The notes under the pieces are model-generated. The model had not been told where the DNA came from. It did no database searches and saw only the letters and a program-made list of their open reading frames with translations. This document shows, in pieces, positions 26,643-35,587 of a stretch of DNA of 35,587 bases (positions within the stretch are counted from its first letter, which is position 1; each line of letters opens with the position of its first letter). The DNA lies in the sequence record SRR20825006_3074; one strand, 5' to 3'. The position numbers and the translations under genes were made by a program.

Positions 26643-26820
26643 GGCTCCTCACGCATCGAGGGGTGACAGCCGATCGCTGCGCGTGAGGAGTGAGTAATAC
26701 TGGCAAATTGGTCGGGTTGTGTGCACAATCGAGCACATTCGGCACGTCTTAAAAAGTGCCCTCTTGAGACACGAGACAAGCCGAGGCCACAGGCGCGAAG
26801 ATGCAGGATGATCGAGGAGC

Positions 26821-29800
26821 ATGAGCGAGGAAGACGAAATATCATCTGGTGATGGGAGCCAGGATGAAGAAGCGGTCCCGGCGACCGATTCATCTGAAGC
26901 ATCGCCCGCATCGGGCTCCGACGCGAAGGGAGGGGGATTCTGGCGTAAACTGCGAAAGCGCACGCTCCAGTTTTTGCTCATCCTCGTGGTCTTGCTCGTC
27001 GCCTTCGGGATCTTCTCGCAGACCAGCTACTTCCGAAATGACATCCTGCGTCCGCAGGTCGAGTCCGCGACGAACAACGCGATCGAGGGGTCTCTGAAGA
27101 TCGGCTCCATCGAGGGGAACCTCTTCACGCATGTCGCCGCCAACGACGTCGAGGTTTACGACGCGAAGGGGAACCTCGCGGCCTCTATCCATCGCGCCGA
27201 GGTCGCCTACGACCTGATGCCGTTGATCGACTTCGAGCTCCCGATTTCCCGCGTCAAGCTCGTGCGCCCGCTGGGCATCGTGCGCACGAACAAGGATGGC
27301 GAGCTCAACCTCGCCACGTTGGTCAAACCGAGCGAGGAGCCCGAAGAGGAAGGCAAGCCCTTCGGATTGAGCATCAGCAACATCGATATCGAGCAAGGGG
27401 TGCTCTTCTACATCGACGAGCGCGAGCTCGCGCCAAACGATGACACGAGCAGCCAGGCGATAAAGGATGTCGAGGCGCTTCTCTCGGACGCCGAGCAGCT
27501 CGCCGATGGCAAGCTGCCCGCGCACTTGCACAACATGTTGCGCTCGTTAAACACGGCGACGATCGGTCCAGTGCCGGGCGCGGCGCTCATCGATGACATC
27601 TCGGTCAAGGGGAACTTCTCGCTCGATAAGGCGTCGATGATGACCGTCGATCTGTCGAGCTTTGGCGCCACGCTCGATGCCAACACCTGGGTCGAGCAGC
27701 AGCGCGCCGAGAGCAAGGAGCTCCTCGTCAAGTACGGGCCCGAGGTCCTCAGGATCACTCACGAGCGCCTCTCACTCGGCGAGGAGAGCGGCTGGGAAGA
27801 CCTCAAGCTCGGGGTCAACCTGCTGCCTCCCCCTGGCGATGATCCTGAAAAAGCACCGGAGCCGCTCCTCTTCCACGCATCCACCCCGGCGCTCACGGTC
27901 ACCCGCGAGCTGTTGCTCGCTGTGGCGCCCTCGATCGATATCCGCGATGGCGTCCGCGCCCAGATCGTCGCCGCGGGGACGCCGCAGGATGCGCGCGCGA
28001 TGCTCAAGGGAGAGCTGATCGAATCACAGGGCAAATTCCACGCGTATGGAAGGATCGAGAAGCTGCTCTCGCAGTTATTGGCGGGGACGCTCTCGTTCGA
28101 AGAGACGAACAAGCTCGCGCCCTCTTATGTAGTCGATGTCGACTTGCGAGGTTTTGATCCTGGCGCGGTGGTCCCCGACGTGCCGAGGTTGCTGCTCGAT
28201 GGCAACCTGCATGTCGAAGGGAGCGGCGTGACCATCGACAGCGCTGATGTCACCGCATTACTCGATATGGGAGAGACAAAGGCGCTCGAGCAATACGAGC
28301 TCCGGAGCGCGCGCGTCGAGGCGAGCTTCAAGAACAAGAAGCTGACGATCGCCCCCTCTCATATCAGGTCCCCCTACCTCGACGCCGAGCTCGAAGGCAC
28401 CGCCGAGCTCGGCGGGACGCTCGACCTGAAGGCGAAGCTCGTCGCCGACGAAACGCACGATCGCAGCGTCACCATCCCGGGGCTCGGCAAGGTCTCGCAG
28501 GAGCACCTCTTCCTCGATGTGAGCGCCAAGGGATCGCTCGATGTCGAGGCGAGCGATCCGCTCGTGATGACCAAACAGGCAGACATCGACCTCACGTGGG
28601 ACATCAAGGGCCTGCAAGTCGTCGATGACAAGGTCGGCGCCTCCAAGGCGGACATCAAGCTCGGCCTGACCTCGCCGTCAGAAGATCGCCGATTGCTCGA
28701 TTATGACATCGACGTGCTCGCCACAGGCGTGGACGCGCCGACCGCAGAGGTCCGCGCAGACCTCGCAGATGTGGACGCGGAGGGGACGATGATCATCCCC
28801 ATACCGCTCGAGGATCCGCTCTCGTTGCTCGACCGGCTGACCGCAGACGCGGACGTTCGCGTGCGTGGTCTGAATGCACCTGGTGTTCGTCTCTCGAGCA
28901 CCAACGCCAGGGTCGAGCTCGAACCAAATGGAAACGGGAGGATGCGTTACTCGTTGAGCGCGGCGCTCGGGGGGTTGCGTTTGTCGGACGCGAACCTCTC
29001 GTTGGGAGGAGGTTCGACAGATCTCGAGGGGACCTTCTCACTCGACAGTGAAGGCGCGCCGAACTACCTGAGCGCCAGGGGCAAGGCAAAGGTTCGCGCG
29101 CTCTCGGCGTCAGGGACAAAGGTTGGAGAGGGCGAGGTCGAGCTCGATGTGGCGGGCGTACCGCCAAACCTTCGCGGCAAGGCCGAGATCGACGCGCGCG
29201 ATATCGCCGTCGGCGACCAGAAGCTCGAGGACGCCAAGCTGACCGCGAATATTCGCCCGGACAACTCCTTTGACGTCGAGGGGGGTATCACGCGCGAGGA
29301 CGCCGAGCCCAAACGCCTCGCGGTGAGAGCGTCGGGCAAGTTGGGCGAGGATCTCGATGAGGTTCGCGATCTCGAGGCGGACCTCTACAACCTCGACGCG
29401 GATGGCGACGAGCCGATCTGGAAGATCAAGAATGCCACCGTGGTCGCGCGCGGCGGCGAGGTTCGCTTCGAGGATGTGGAGTTGGTCAATGACGAGCAAC
29501 GTTTGACGGTCGTCGGGACCTACCGCGAGCGTGGAGAGCAAGATTTAACAGCGAGCGCGACCAACATCGATCTGGGGCAGCTCAGGTCAGACCTGGGGTT
29601 GCAGAACTTCTTGCCAGACATCTCTGGCCAGGTCGAAACGATCGACTTCAAGCTCCGAGGAACGAGCGCAGATCCCGAGATCGAGCTCGATGTCGTGATC
29701 AAGGAGTTCATGTACGAGGGCACGGGGCCCTTCAAATTGATCCTCAAGGGGCGCTACCGCAACAGCAAGCTGACCGTGAACCGGATGGAGCTCGAAGGAT

Positions 29801-32800
29801 GGGGACAGCAGCTTGTTTCGGCGCAAGCGCGCGTGCCGATAAAGCTCGACCTCGAGGGGAACTTCGACATCTTCTGGCGCGAGCCGATTTTGATGAGCTT
29901 GCTGGTGCCCGAGATCGATCTCGGCGAGCTCACGCCAAAGATCAAACAGCTCGAGGATTACACCATCCGCGGCATGGTCAAGGGGGGCGGGATCATCAAC
30001 GGAACGCTCGAGAAGCCACTGCTCGACCTGAACGTCGGGATCGCCTCGATCGGGTTCAAGTCAAAGCTTGGCAAGACCGCGATCGACATGAACAGCTTCG
30101 CGATGACCTCGCGCTTTTCCTACGAGCCGCCCTCCTCCAGCGGCGGCGGCTTCAAGACGCTCACGAAGCTCAAGGCGATGCCTCCGAAGTATGCCGAGCG
30201 TGACCTGGTGACCATCGAAGCAGAATCACCGCTCCCGATCGCCGAGTGGCTCTACCGCACGATCGAGCGCGGCGAAGTGGTGGATTACGCCAGAGAGGTC
30301 TTCGCGCAACCCTTCGCGATGACGGTGAAGCTCGACAAGATCAAGCTCAAGCAGCTCAATGACACGGGGCTTATCAAGTCCCCGAGGTTTACTGGCGAGG
30401 TCGACTTCGCGCTGGCGACGGCGGGGACATTCGGCGACCCGAGCGCGCGCTTCGATCTGCACATCGATGATGTCGCAATCCGCGGGGACCTGGAGGGTCA
30501 GCGCGTGGACCTTCGAAAGATCAACTCCGACATCGCGCTGACCTTTGGGCCGCTCCAGGGAAGCGCCAACCAGCTGACCTACACGGGCACCTTCGCCATG
30601 GGCGGGTACCAGTTGATCGACTCCAACGGCTTCCTCGAGTTGCCGCTGCGGAGCTGGTTTAGCGATGTGGCGATCAAGGGAAAGGAGCTCGATCTGATCG
30701 ACGAACTCCTGAGCAAGAGGTTCGAGTTTGACCTCACCGTCAAGGAGCTCGACCTCGAGCAGATCGCCATCGCGCCGTTGTTCACCGAGCCCGAGATCGC
30801 GGGCATCGTCAACCTGGAGTTCTCCTCCGAGGGCGTCGTCGCAGATCCAGTGGCGAGCCTGAGCCTCGACATTGGCGAGCGAGCGTTGATTCAGGGCAAG
30901 GAGGAGAGCAAGGGTGGGCTCGGTTATAACCGCTATCGCGATATCATCATCAGTACGCGCGCCAACATCAAGAGCAAGGTGCTCACGCTCGAAAAGTTCA
31001 GCATCAATTGGGACTCCACCGACATCCTGAGCGCGCGCGGCAAGGTCCCGCTCCCCGTCGACACATTGCTCGCCGAGAAAGAGCTCGAAGATCTCCCGAT
31101 CGACTTCGACCTGGAGATTCACCCGATGCCGCTCAACAAGCTCGGCGCGATCGACTACGGGTTGTTTGGCGGGCTCACCGGCGTGATCAACGGACACGCC
31201 ATCGGGCGAGGATCGCTGCGCGACCCGAAGCTCTCGGGGAGGATGGCGCTCGTGGACACGAAGCTCTCTCAGTACGAGAAGGGCACCATCGCCGCAGAGT
31301 TCGAGGTGCGCGAAGGGATCGCGCGCGCCTACACCGAGCTCTGCCAGGACAAGTTCAAGATGCTCACAGCCGAGGCTCATGCGCGGCTGAACACCGATGT
31401 GTTGGCGGTGAGCAAGGGCGCAGATCCACTGGCGCCACCAGGAGAGCTCAGGCGGCCGATCGACGCGCTCTCCACGGACAAGGACCTGAGGTTCAAGGTC
31501 AACACTCGCGATGGCAGACCGATCGATCTGGGGCGCGCGTTGCCGCAGAAGCTGATCAAAAAATACGCCAAGGATATCGAGGGGATGCTCGCCATCAACC
31601 TCGACCTCTCGGGGAGCTACGAAGCGGTCACCGCGCAGGGCACCATCAAACTCGACGATGGCGCCATCACGCTCGAGAGCTACGGGCGTCGCTTCGAAGA
31701 GATCATGGTCGATACATGGATGGATAGCCGCTCGTTCAACATCCGCGAGTTTAGCCTGGATGAAGGGGACGCGGCGCTTTTGCTTACAGGGAGCATCAAG
31801 CACGAGAACCTCACCCCTGGCGAGGTCGACCTCGAGCTCGAAGCCGACACGTTCAACTTCGGTGACTTCGTGGACTTCCCCTTCTTCGCCAGCGGTGACG
31901 TGAAGATGACCGGGCAGCTCGATGCGGAGCCGATGGATTTGACCGTGGATCTGAAGGGGCTGGATGTGGCGCTCACAGAGGAGATCTCGAACGATCTTCA
32001 CGCCACAGAGCTCGACGAGGAGATCATCATCCTGCGCGAACAGACGAGCTCGACCGCACAAATCGCAGAGGATGAAGTCACTGGCGCGGACGCGGAGTTG
32101 TTTGGCGAAGCGAGCGGCACGATGAGCGCGCTCAATATGAACGTGCGCGTGATCATCCGCGATGACTCCTGGGTGCGTCACCCCTATGGAGATGTGAACG
32201 TCAAGGGGGACTTCACCACCAAGCTCTCGGGCTCATCGCTGGCGATGACAGGGCAAATCCAGACCTTGCGTGGACAGGTCGAGTTCCTCGAGAAGACCTT
32301 CACGGTCACGCGGGGAATCATCACCTTCACGGGGCTCGATCCTCCCGACCCGCGCCTTCAAATCGAGGCGTCGTACATTTTGGACAGGAGCGTGACCTCT
32401 TCGCTCGGACCAGCCTCGGATGGGGAACCTCGCGTGATCGTGGCGGTGGAGGGCTCGGCAAATGATCCCGTGCTCAGGTTAAGGAGTGATCCTTCCATGA
32501 GCGAGACAGACATCCTGTACGTGCTGGCCACAGGCCAGCCCCCCTCCTCTGCTGACGTGGGTCAGGATTCGTCGGTGGCCTCCGCTGCGCTCAGCGCAGC
32601 GAGCGGCGTGGTTCTGGGGATGTTGCGCGACGAGCTCTCGGACACCTTGCCGCTCGACTTCTTCGACGTACTGCGCGTGGACACCTCCAACCTCGAGGTT
32701 GGCAAGTACGTCAACAACGGCAAGATCTACCTCTCCTACCGCTACCTGTTTGGCGGCGCGGATCAGAGCGGCGAGAGCGTGTACGAGTTCGAGTATCACT

Positions 32801-32889
32801 TCGCGCCGAAGTGGACGCTCGAGGCGCAAGGGAGGGACTCGGATCAGGGCGGGCAGTTTAACTTCAACGTCTTCTGGGATGCGTACTAA
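26821..32889 (+). CDS. tamB: Translocation and assembly module TamB-like protein (2022 aa)
   Basis: N-terminal TM anchor, LKIGSIEGNL, long beta-rich body, C-terminal DUF490-like region (RGIITFTG..DPRLQIEA, GSANDPVLRLRSDPSMSETDILYVLATG, LEVGKYV, FEYHF). Confidence 0.9.
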   Translation: MSEEDEISSGDGSQDEEAVPATDSSEASPASGSDAKGGGFWRKLRKRTLQFLLILVVLLVAFGIFSQTSYFRNDILRPQVESATNNAIEGSLKIGSIEGNLFTHVAANDVEVYDAKGNLAASIHRAEVAYDLMPLIDFELPISRVKLVRPLGIVRTNKDGELNLATLVKPSEEPEEEGKPFGLSISNIDIEQGVLFYIDERELAPNDDTSSQAIKDVEALLSDAEQLADGKLPAHLHNMLRSLNTATIGPVPGAALIDDISVKGNFSLDKASMMTVDLSSFGATLDANTWVEQQRAESKELLVKYGPEVLRITHERLSLGEESGWEDLKLGVNLLPPPGDDPEKAPEPLLFHASTPALTVTRELLLAVAPSIDIRDGVRAQIVAAGTPQDARAMLKGELIESQGKFHAYGRIEKLLSQLLAGTLSFEETNKLAPSYVVDVDLRGFDPGAVVPDVPRLLLDGNLHVEGSGVTIDSADVTALLDMGETKALEQYELRSARVEASFKNKKLTIAPSHIRSPYLDAELEGTAELGGTLDLKAKLVADETHDRSVTIPGLGKVSQEHLFLDVSAKGSLDVEASDPLVMTKQADIDLTWDIKGLQVVDDKVGASKADIKLGLTSPSEDRRLLDYDIDVLATGVDAPTAEVRADLADVDAEGTMIIPIPLEDPLSLLDRLTADADVRVRGLNAPGVRLSSTNARVELEPNGNGRMRYSLSAALGGLRLSDANLSLGGGSTDLEGTFSLDSEGAPNYLSARGKAKVRALSASGTKVGEGEVELDVAGVPPNLRGKAEIDARDIAVGDQKLEDAKLTANIRPDNSFDVEGGITREDAEPKRLAVRASGKLGEDLDEVRDLEADLYNLDADGDEPIWKIKNATVVARGGEVRFEDVELVNDEQRLTVVGTYRERGEQDLTASATNIDLGQLRSDLGLQNFLPDISGQVETIDFKLRGTSADPEIELDVVIKEFMYEGTGPFKLILKGRYRNSKLTVNRMELEGWGQQLVSAQARVPIKLDLEGNFDIFWREPILMSLLVPEIDLGELTPKIKQLEDYTIRGMVKGGGIINGTLEKPLLDLNVGIASIGFKSKLGKTAIDMNSFAMTSRFSYEPPSSSGGGFKTLTKLKAMPPKYAERDLVTIEAESPLPIAEWLYRTIERGEVVDYAREVFAQPFAMTVKLDKIKLKQLNDTGLIKSPRFTGEVDFALATAGTFGDPSARFDLHIDDVAIRGDLEGQRVDLRKINSDIALTFGPLQGSANQLTYTGTFAMGGYQLIDSNGFLELPLRSWFSDVAIKGKELDLIDELLSKRFEFDLTVKELDLEQIAIAPLFTEPEIAGIVNLEFSSEGVVADPVASLSLDIGERALIQGKEESKGGLGYNRYRDIIISTRANIKSKVLTLEKFSINWDSTDILSARGKVPLPVDTLLAEKELEDLPIDFDLEIHPMPLNKLGAIDYGLFGGLTGVINGHAIGRGSLRDPKLSGRMALVDTKLSQYEKGTIAAEFEVREGIARAYTELCQDKFKMLTAEAHARLNTDVLAVSKGADPLAPPGELRRPIDALSTDKDLRFKVNTRDGRPIDLGRALPQKLIKKYAKDIEGMLAINLDLSGSYEAVTAQGTIKLDDGAITLESYGRRFEEIMVDTWMDSRSFNIREFSLDEGDAALLLTGSIKHENLTPGEVDLELEADTFNFGDFVDFPFFASGDVKMTGQLDAEPMDLTVDLKGLDVALTEEISNDLHATELDEEIIILREQTSSTAQIAEDEVTGADAELFGEASGTMSALNMNVRVIIRDDSWVRHPYGDVNVKGDFTTKLSGSSLAMTGQIQTLRGQVEFLEKTFTVTRGIITFTGLDPPDPRLQIEASYILDRSVTSSLGPASDGEPRVIVAVEGSANDPVLRLRSDPSMSETDILYVLATGQPPSSADVGQDSSVASAALSAASGVVLGMLRDELSDTLPLDFFDVLRVDTSNLEVGKYVNNGKIYLSYRYLFGGADQSGESVYEFEYHFAPKWTLEAQGRDSDQGGQFNFNVFWDAY

Positions 32890-32890
32890 G

Positions 32891-33214
32891 TCACCTCTTG
32901 CGCGCGTCCAGCGCGCGCTTGGCGCCGCGCCAGAAGCCGACGGTCAGCGTCCCCAAAAAGAACGTCGCCAGCCACACCACAAGCGTGAGCCGTATGGCCC
33001 GAACTCCAGACGCAGTAATAAGGATGATGCCTGTCAGAAGCGCGCAGGCAAAGAGGACCGTCGTCACGCTCGCCACGACCACCATGATGCGAGGATCCCC
33101 CGAGCGACGTCGGTCATCCTCGGCTGCCAACGATTTGTCACATAGCGAACAAAACTTTGCAGTAAGCACATTGAGCGTCCCGCACGCATCGCATTCGAGC
33201 CTATCCGAGCTCAT
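32891..33214 (-). CDS. Small zinc-ribbon membrane protein
   Basis: CDACGTLN..KFCSLC followed by two TM helices; AGGAG upstream; 8 nt after the nfo stop. Confidence 0.7.
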   Translation of the reverse strand: MSSDRLECDACGTLNVLTAKFCSLCDKSLAAEDDRRRSGDPRIMVVVASVTTVLFACALLTGIILITASGVRAIRLTLVVWLATFFLGTLTVGFWRGAKRALDARKR

Positions 33215-33222
33215 CCTGACTC

Positions 33223-34083
33223 CTATTCAGCGTTCTCTCTCATGTTCTTGAGCAACGCGATCTCATCCGCGTAGCCGTTTTCCTTATCCATCGGCGTCTC
33301 GAGCGTCGCGGGCACACCCGCGAACCTCGCGTCGTTGACCAGGAACTCGAAGACGGACTTTCCGATCTCGCCGTCGCCGATGTTTTCGTGGCGATCCTTT
33401 CGCGAGCCGAGCGGTTTCTTCGAATCGTTGAGGTGGAACGCCTTGACACGCTCCACACCGATCAACGCGTCGAACTCCCGCCAAAAGTCCTCGTAGAGCT
33501 CCTCAGTGGTCAAGTCGTACCCTGCCGCGTGCGCGTGGCAGGTGTCAAAGCAGATGCCAAAGCGCGAAGGATCGTGAACAACGTCGAACAGCGCGACCAG
33601 GTGATCGAGCGAGTGGCCGAGGTTGGTGCCCTGCCCCGCCGTGTTCTCGAACAAGAGCGTGACGTCCTTCCAGGCGTCGTTCTTCTCGCGAGCGTAGACC
33701 GCCTCGAGGTTCTCGGCGATGAGTTTGATGCCCTCTTCTTCTCCCTGGCCGACGTGGCTGCCAGGGTGCATCACGAGGTAAGGGACGCCGAGCTTGGCGC
33801 AGCGATCGAGCTCGTCCTCGAGCGCGTCGATGCTCTTCTCGATGGTCGCGTCCTTATCCGAGCAGAGGTTGATCAAGTAAGACGTATGCGCCACCAGACC
33901 TTCCAGGCCGCTCTCGTCGTATGCCTTCCTGAAGGTCTCGATTTCGTCCTCGCGCCAGTCGCGCTGTTTCCATCGGTTGTTGTTTTTGACAAAAACTTGA
34001 ACTGATTCACAATTGTCAGCGATGGCGCGCTCGACAGCGCGGTGCAGTCCGCCCGAGGCGGATTCGTGGGCTCCGATCTTCAC
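33223..34083 (-). CDS. nfo: Endonuclease IV (AP endonuclease)
   Basis: IGAHES, HTSYLINL, MHPGS, ENTAGQG, CFDTCHAHAAGYD, HLNDSK..DRHENIG, LETP. Confidence 0.97.
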   Translation of the reverse strand: MKIGAHESASGGLHRAVERAIADNCESVQVFVKNNNRWKQRDWREDEIETFRKAYDESGLEGLVAHTSYLINLCSDKDATIEKSIDALEDELDRCAKLGVPYLVMHPGSHVGQGEEEGIKLIAENLEAVYAREKNDAWKDVTLLFENTAGQGTNLGHSLDHLVALFDVVHDPSRFGICFDTCHAHAAGYDLTTEELYEDFWREFDALIGVERVKAFHLNDSKKPLGSRKDRHENIGDGEIGKSVFEFLVNDARFAGVPATLETPMDKENGYADEIALLKNMRENAE

Positions 34084-34119
34084 GTCAGTGTCTCTTCATC
34101 GAAAAGAAATATGGGGTCG

Positions 34120-34169
34120 ACGCGCATCGAGCCAGCGCCGCCAGTTGGCGGCGCTGGCTCGATGCGCGT
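34120..34169. repeat. Perfect 24-bp-arm palindrome between the cystathionine synthase gene and nfo
   Basis: ACGCGCATCGAGCCAGCGCCGCCA-GT-TGGCGGCGCTGGCTCGATGCGCGT. Confidence 0.85.
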
Positions 34170-34196
34170 GAAACTTATGCGAACAGCTGGGAGTGT

Positions 34197-35369
34197 TCAG
34201 ATGGCATCGAGCGCTTGCTCGAGGTCGGCCATCAAATCATCCAGGTCCTCGATCCCCACAGAGAGGCGAATCAACCCATCGCTGATGCCGAGCTCGGCGC
34301 GAACCTCTGGCGGCACCGACGCGTGCGTCATGATGGCGGGGTGCTCGATCAAGGACTCGACGCCGCCGAGGCTCTCGGCGAGCGCGAAGACGCGCACCGA
34401 CTCGAGCATCACGCGGGAGGCCTCGAGGCCTCCCTTCAAGAAGAAGGTGATCATGCCGCCAGGGCCGTTCATTTGCTCCTGAGCGATGGCATACTGAGGG
34501 TGTGATTCGAGGCCGGGGAAGACCACGCGTTCGACCTTCTCGTGAGCTTCGAGCCAGGACGCGATCTCGACGGCGTTGGCCGCGTGCTGGCGCATGCGCA
34601 CGCCGAGGGTTTTGACGCCGCGCAAGGTCAGCCAGCAATCCATCGGCGCGGGCACAGCGCCCATGGAGTTCTGCAGGAAGTGAAGCTTCTTGGCGATCTC
34701 CGCGTCGTTGGTGATCGCCACGCCGCCGACCACGTCGGAGTGCCCGTTGATAAACTTCGTGGTCGAGTGCACGACCATATCCGCCCCGAGCGAGAGCGGC
34801 TGCTGGAAGTACGGGCTCATAAAGGTGTTATCCACGACAGCGATCGCGCCCTTGCTGTGCGCGATCTCACATGCCTTGCGGATATCCGTGATCTTGAGCA
34901 GCGGGTTTGTCGGAGACTCCAGCCAGAGCATCTTCGTCTCGGGCGTGAACGCCGCCTCGAGCGCCTCGAGGTCGGTGGTGTCCACGAACGTATAGTCGAG
35001 GCCCATCTCGGCGAACACACGCGTGAACACGCGATAGGTTCCGCCATAGACATCATCACCGCAGACGATGTGATCGCCAGCCTTTAACGTGTGCATGATC
35101 GTCGAGGTCGCCGCGCAACCCGACGCGAACGCCACGCCGTACTCACCACCCTCCAAGCTCGCCAGGCAATCCTCGAGCGCGTGACGCGTCGGGTTCTGCG
35201 TGCGGCTATACTCGTAGCCCGTGTGCACGCCAGGGCTCGATTGCACGTAGGTCGAGGTCTGGAAGATCGGCGTCATGATCGCGCCAGTGGTCGGCTCAGG
35301 TTCTTGCCCGGCATGAATGGCGCGGGTGTCGAAACCTTTGGACTTGTAGCTGTGCTCGGGCTTGTGCAT
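34197..35369 (-). CDS. Cystathionine gamma-synthase / gamma-lyase (PLP-dependent transsulfuration enzyme; MetB/MccB-like)
   Basis: IFQTSTY, YSRTQNPTR, YGGTYR, ESPTNP, VDNTF, HSTTKFINGHSD (PLP lysine), AESLGGVESL, RLSVGIED. ATG at 35369 follows AGAGG. Confidence 0.95.
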   Translation of the reverse strand: MHKPEHSYKSKGFDTRAIHAGQEPEPTTGAIMTPIFQTSTYVQSSPGVHTGYEYSRTQNPTRHALEDCLASLEGGEYGVAFASGCAATSTIMHTLKAGDHIVCGDDVYGGTYRVFTRVFAEMGLDYTFVDTTDLEALEAAFTPETKMLWLESPTNPLLKITDIRKACEIAHSKGAIAVVDNTFMSPYFQQPLSLGADMVVHSTTKFINGHSDVVGGVAITNDAEIAKKLHFLQNSMGAVPAPMDCWLTLRGVKTLGVRMRQHAANAVEIASWLEAHEKVERVVFPGLESHPQYAIAQEQMNGPGGMITFFLKGGLEASRVMLESVRVFALAESLGGVESLIEHPAIMTHASVPPEVRAELGISDGLIRLSVGIEDLDDLMADLEQALDAI

Positions 35370-35587
35370 CGAAGGACCTCTTTTTACTGGCACTTGGCGC
35401 GGTGGATCATTGATATCTTGCTCTTCGCTCGCCGCGGATTCGTTTTTGTGTCGCGGCGCGTGCGCCACCCTAAACCATCATATTTAAAAATGCACCCCCT
35501 GCGGTCTGCGACAGTCTTGCAGAACATGAGGACGAGCCCCGCGCCTTCGGCGCGGTACCCCTTCTCGACCTGCGGTCTCGGCCGGGC

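Noticed and set aside
24690-32181. Long minus-strand ORFs (24690-25478, 25488-26633, 30226-32181) opposite tamA/tamB
   Set aside because: Antisense shadows of codon-biased genes with no recognisable domains.
1-35587. Very frequent CTCGAG/TCGA/GATC words suggesting a HIP1-like repeat
   Set aside because: Mostly explained by preferred codon pairs (CTC/ATC/GTC followed by GAG/GAT/GAC) in an acidic proteome. A claim would need a codon-aware over-representation test.
35370-35587. SAM riboswitch or T-box upstream of the transsulfuration gene
   Set aside because: No recognisable SAM-I/II core or T-box motif; only an AT-rich patch and a 10-bp direct repeat (CCTGCGGTCT), and the region is cut by the window edge.
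1-35587. CRISPR array, defence system, retroelement or IS element
   Set aside because: No regularly spaced repeats and no cas, reverse transcriptase, transposase or defence-nuclease motifs were found.

Overview
GC-rich bacterial chromosomal segment. Gene content suggests Myxococcota or Bradymonadales (inference). It holds 25 credible CDS and one tRNA-Cys(GCA), with no CRISPR array, integrase, transposase or phage genes. A long minus-strand run (16980 to 2293) reads: single-domain response regulator, MGDG-synthase/UgtP-like glycosyltransferase fused to a PspA-like coiled coil, flippase-like (LPG_synthase_TM) membrane protein, hrcA, grpE, dnaK, dnaJ, Tat-exported LpoA-like binding protein, site-2 protease, zinc-ribbon membrane protein, thiL, and a methyltransferase-like gene. 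Beyond the tRNA lie a second GrpE with an N-terminal membrane helix, two hypothetical membrane proteins, a PAS histidine kinase paired with a REC-GAF-PAS-HisKA protein lacking a kinase domain, tamA/tamB, nfo and a cystathionine gamma-synthase/lyase. The most unusual signal is the glycosyltransferase-PspA fusion. It is translationally coupled to a flippase-like gene and sits between the DnaK system and a membrane-anchored GrpE, which may form a chaperone-linked membrane-stress module. All calls come from motif recognition by eye; no searches were run.
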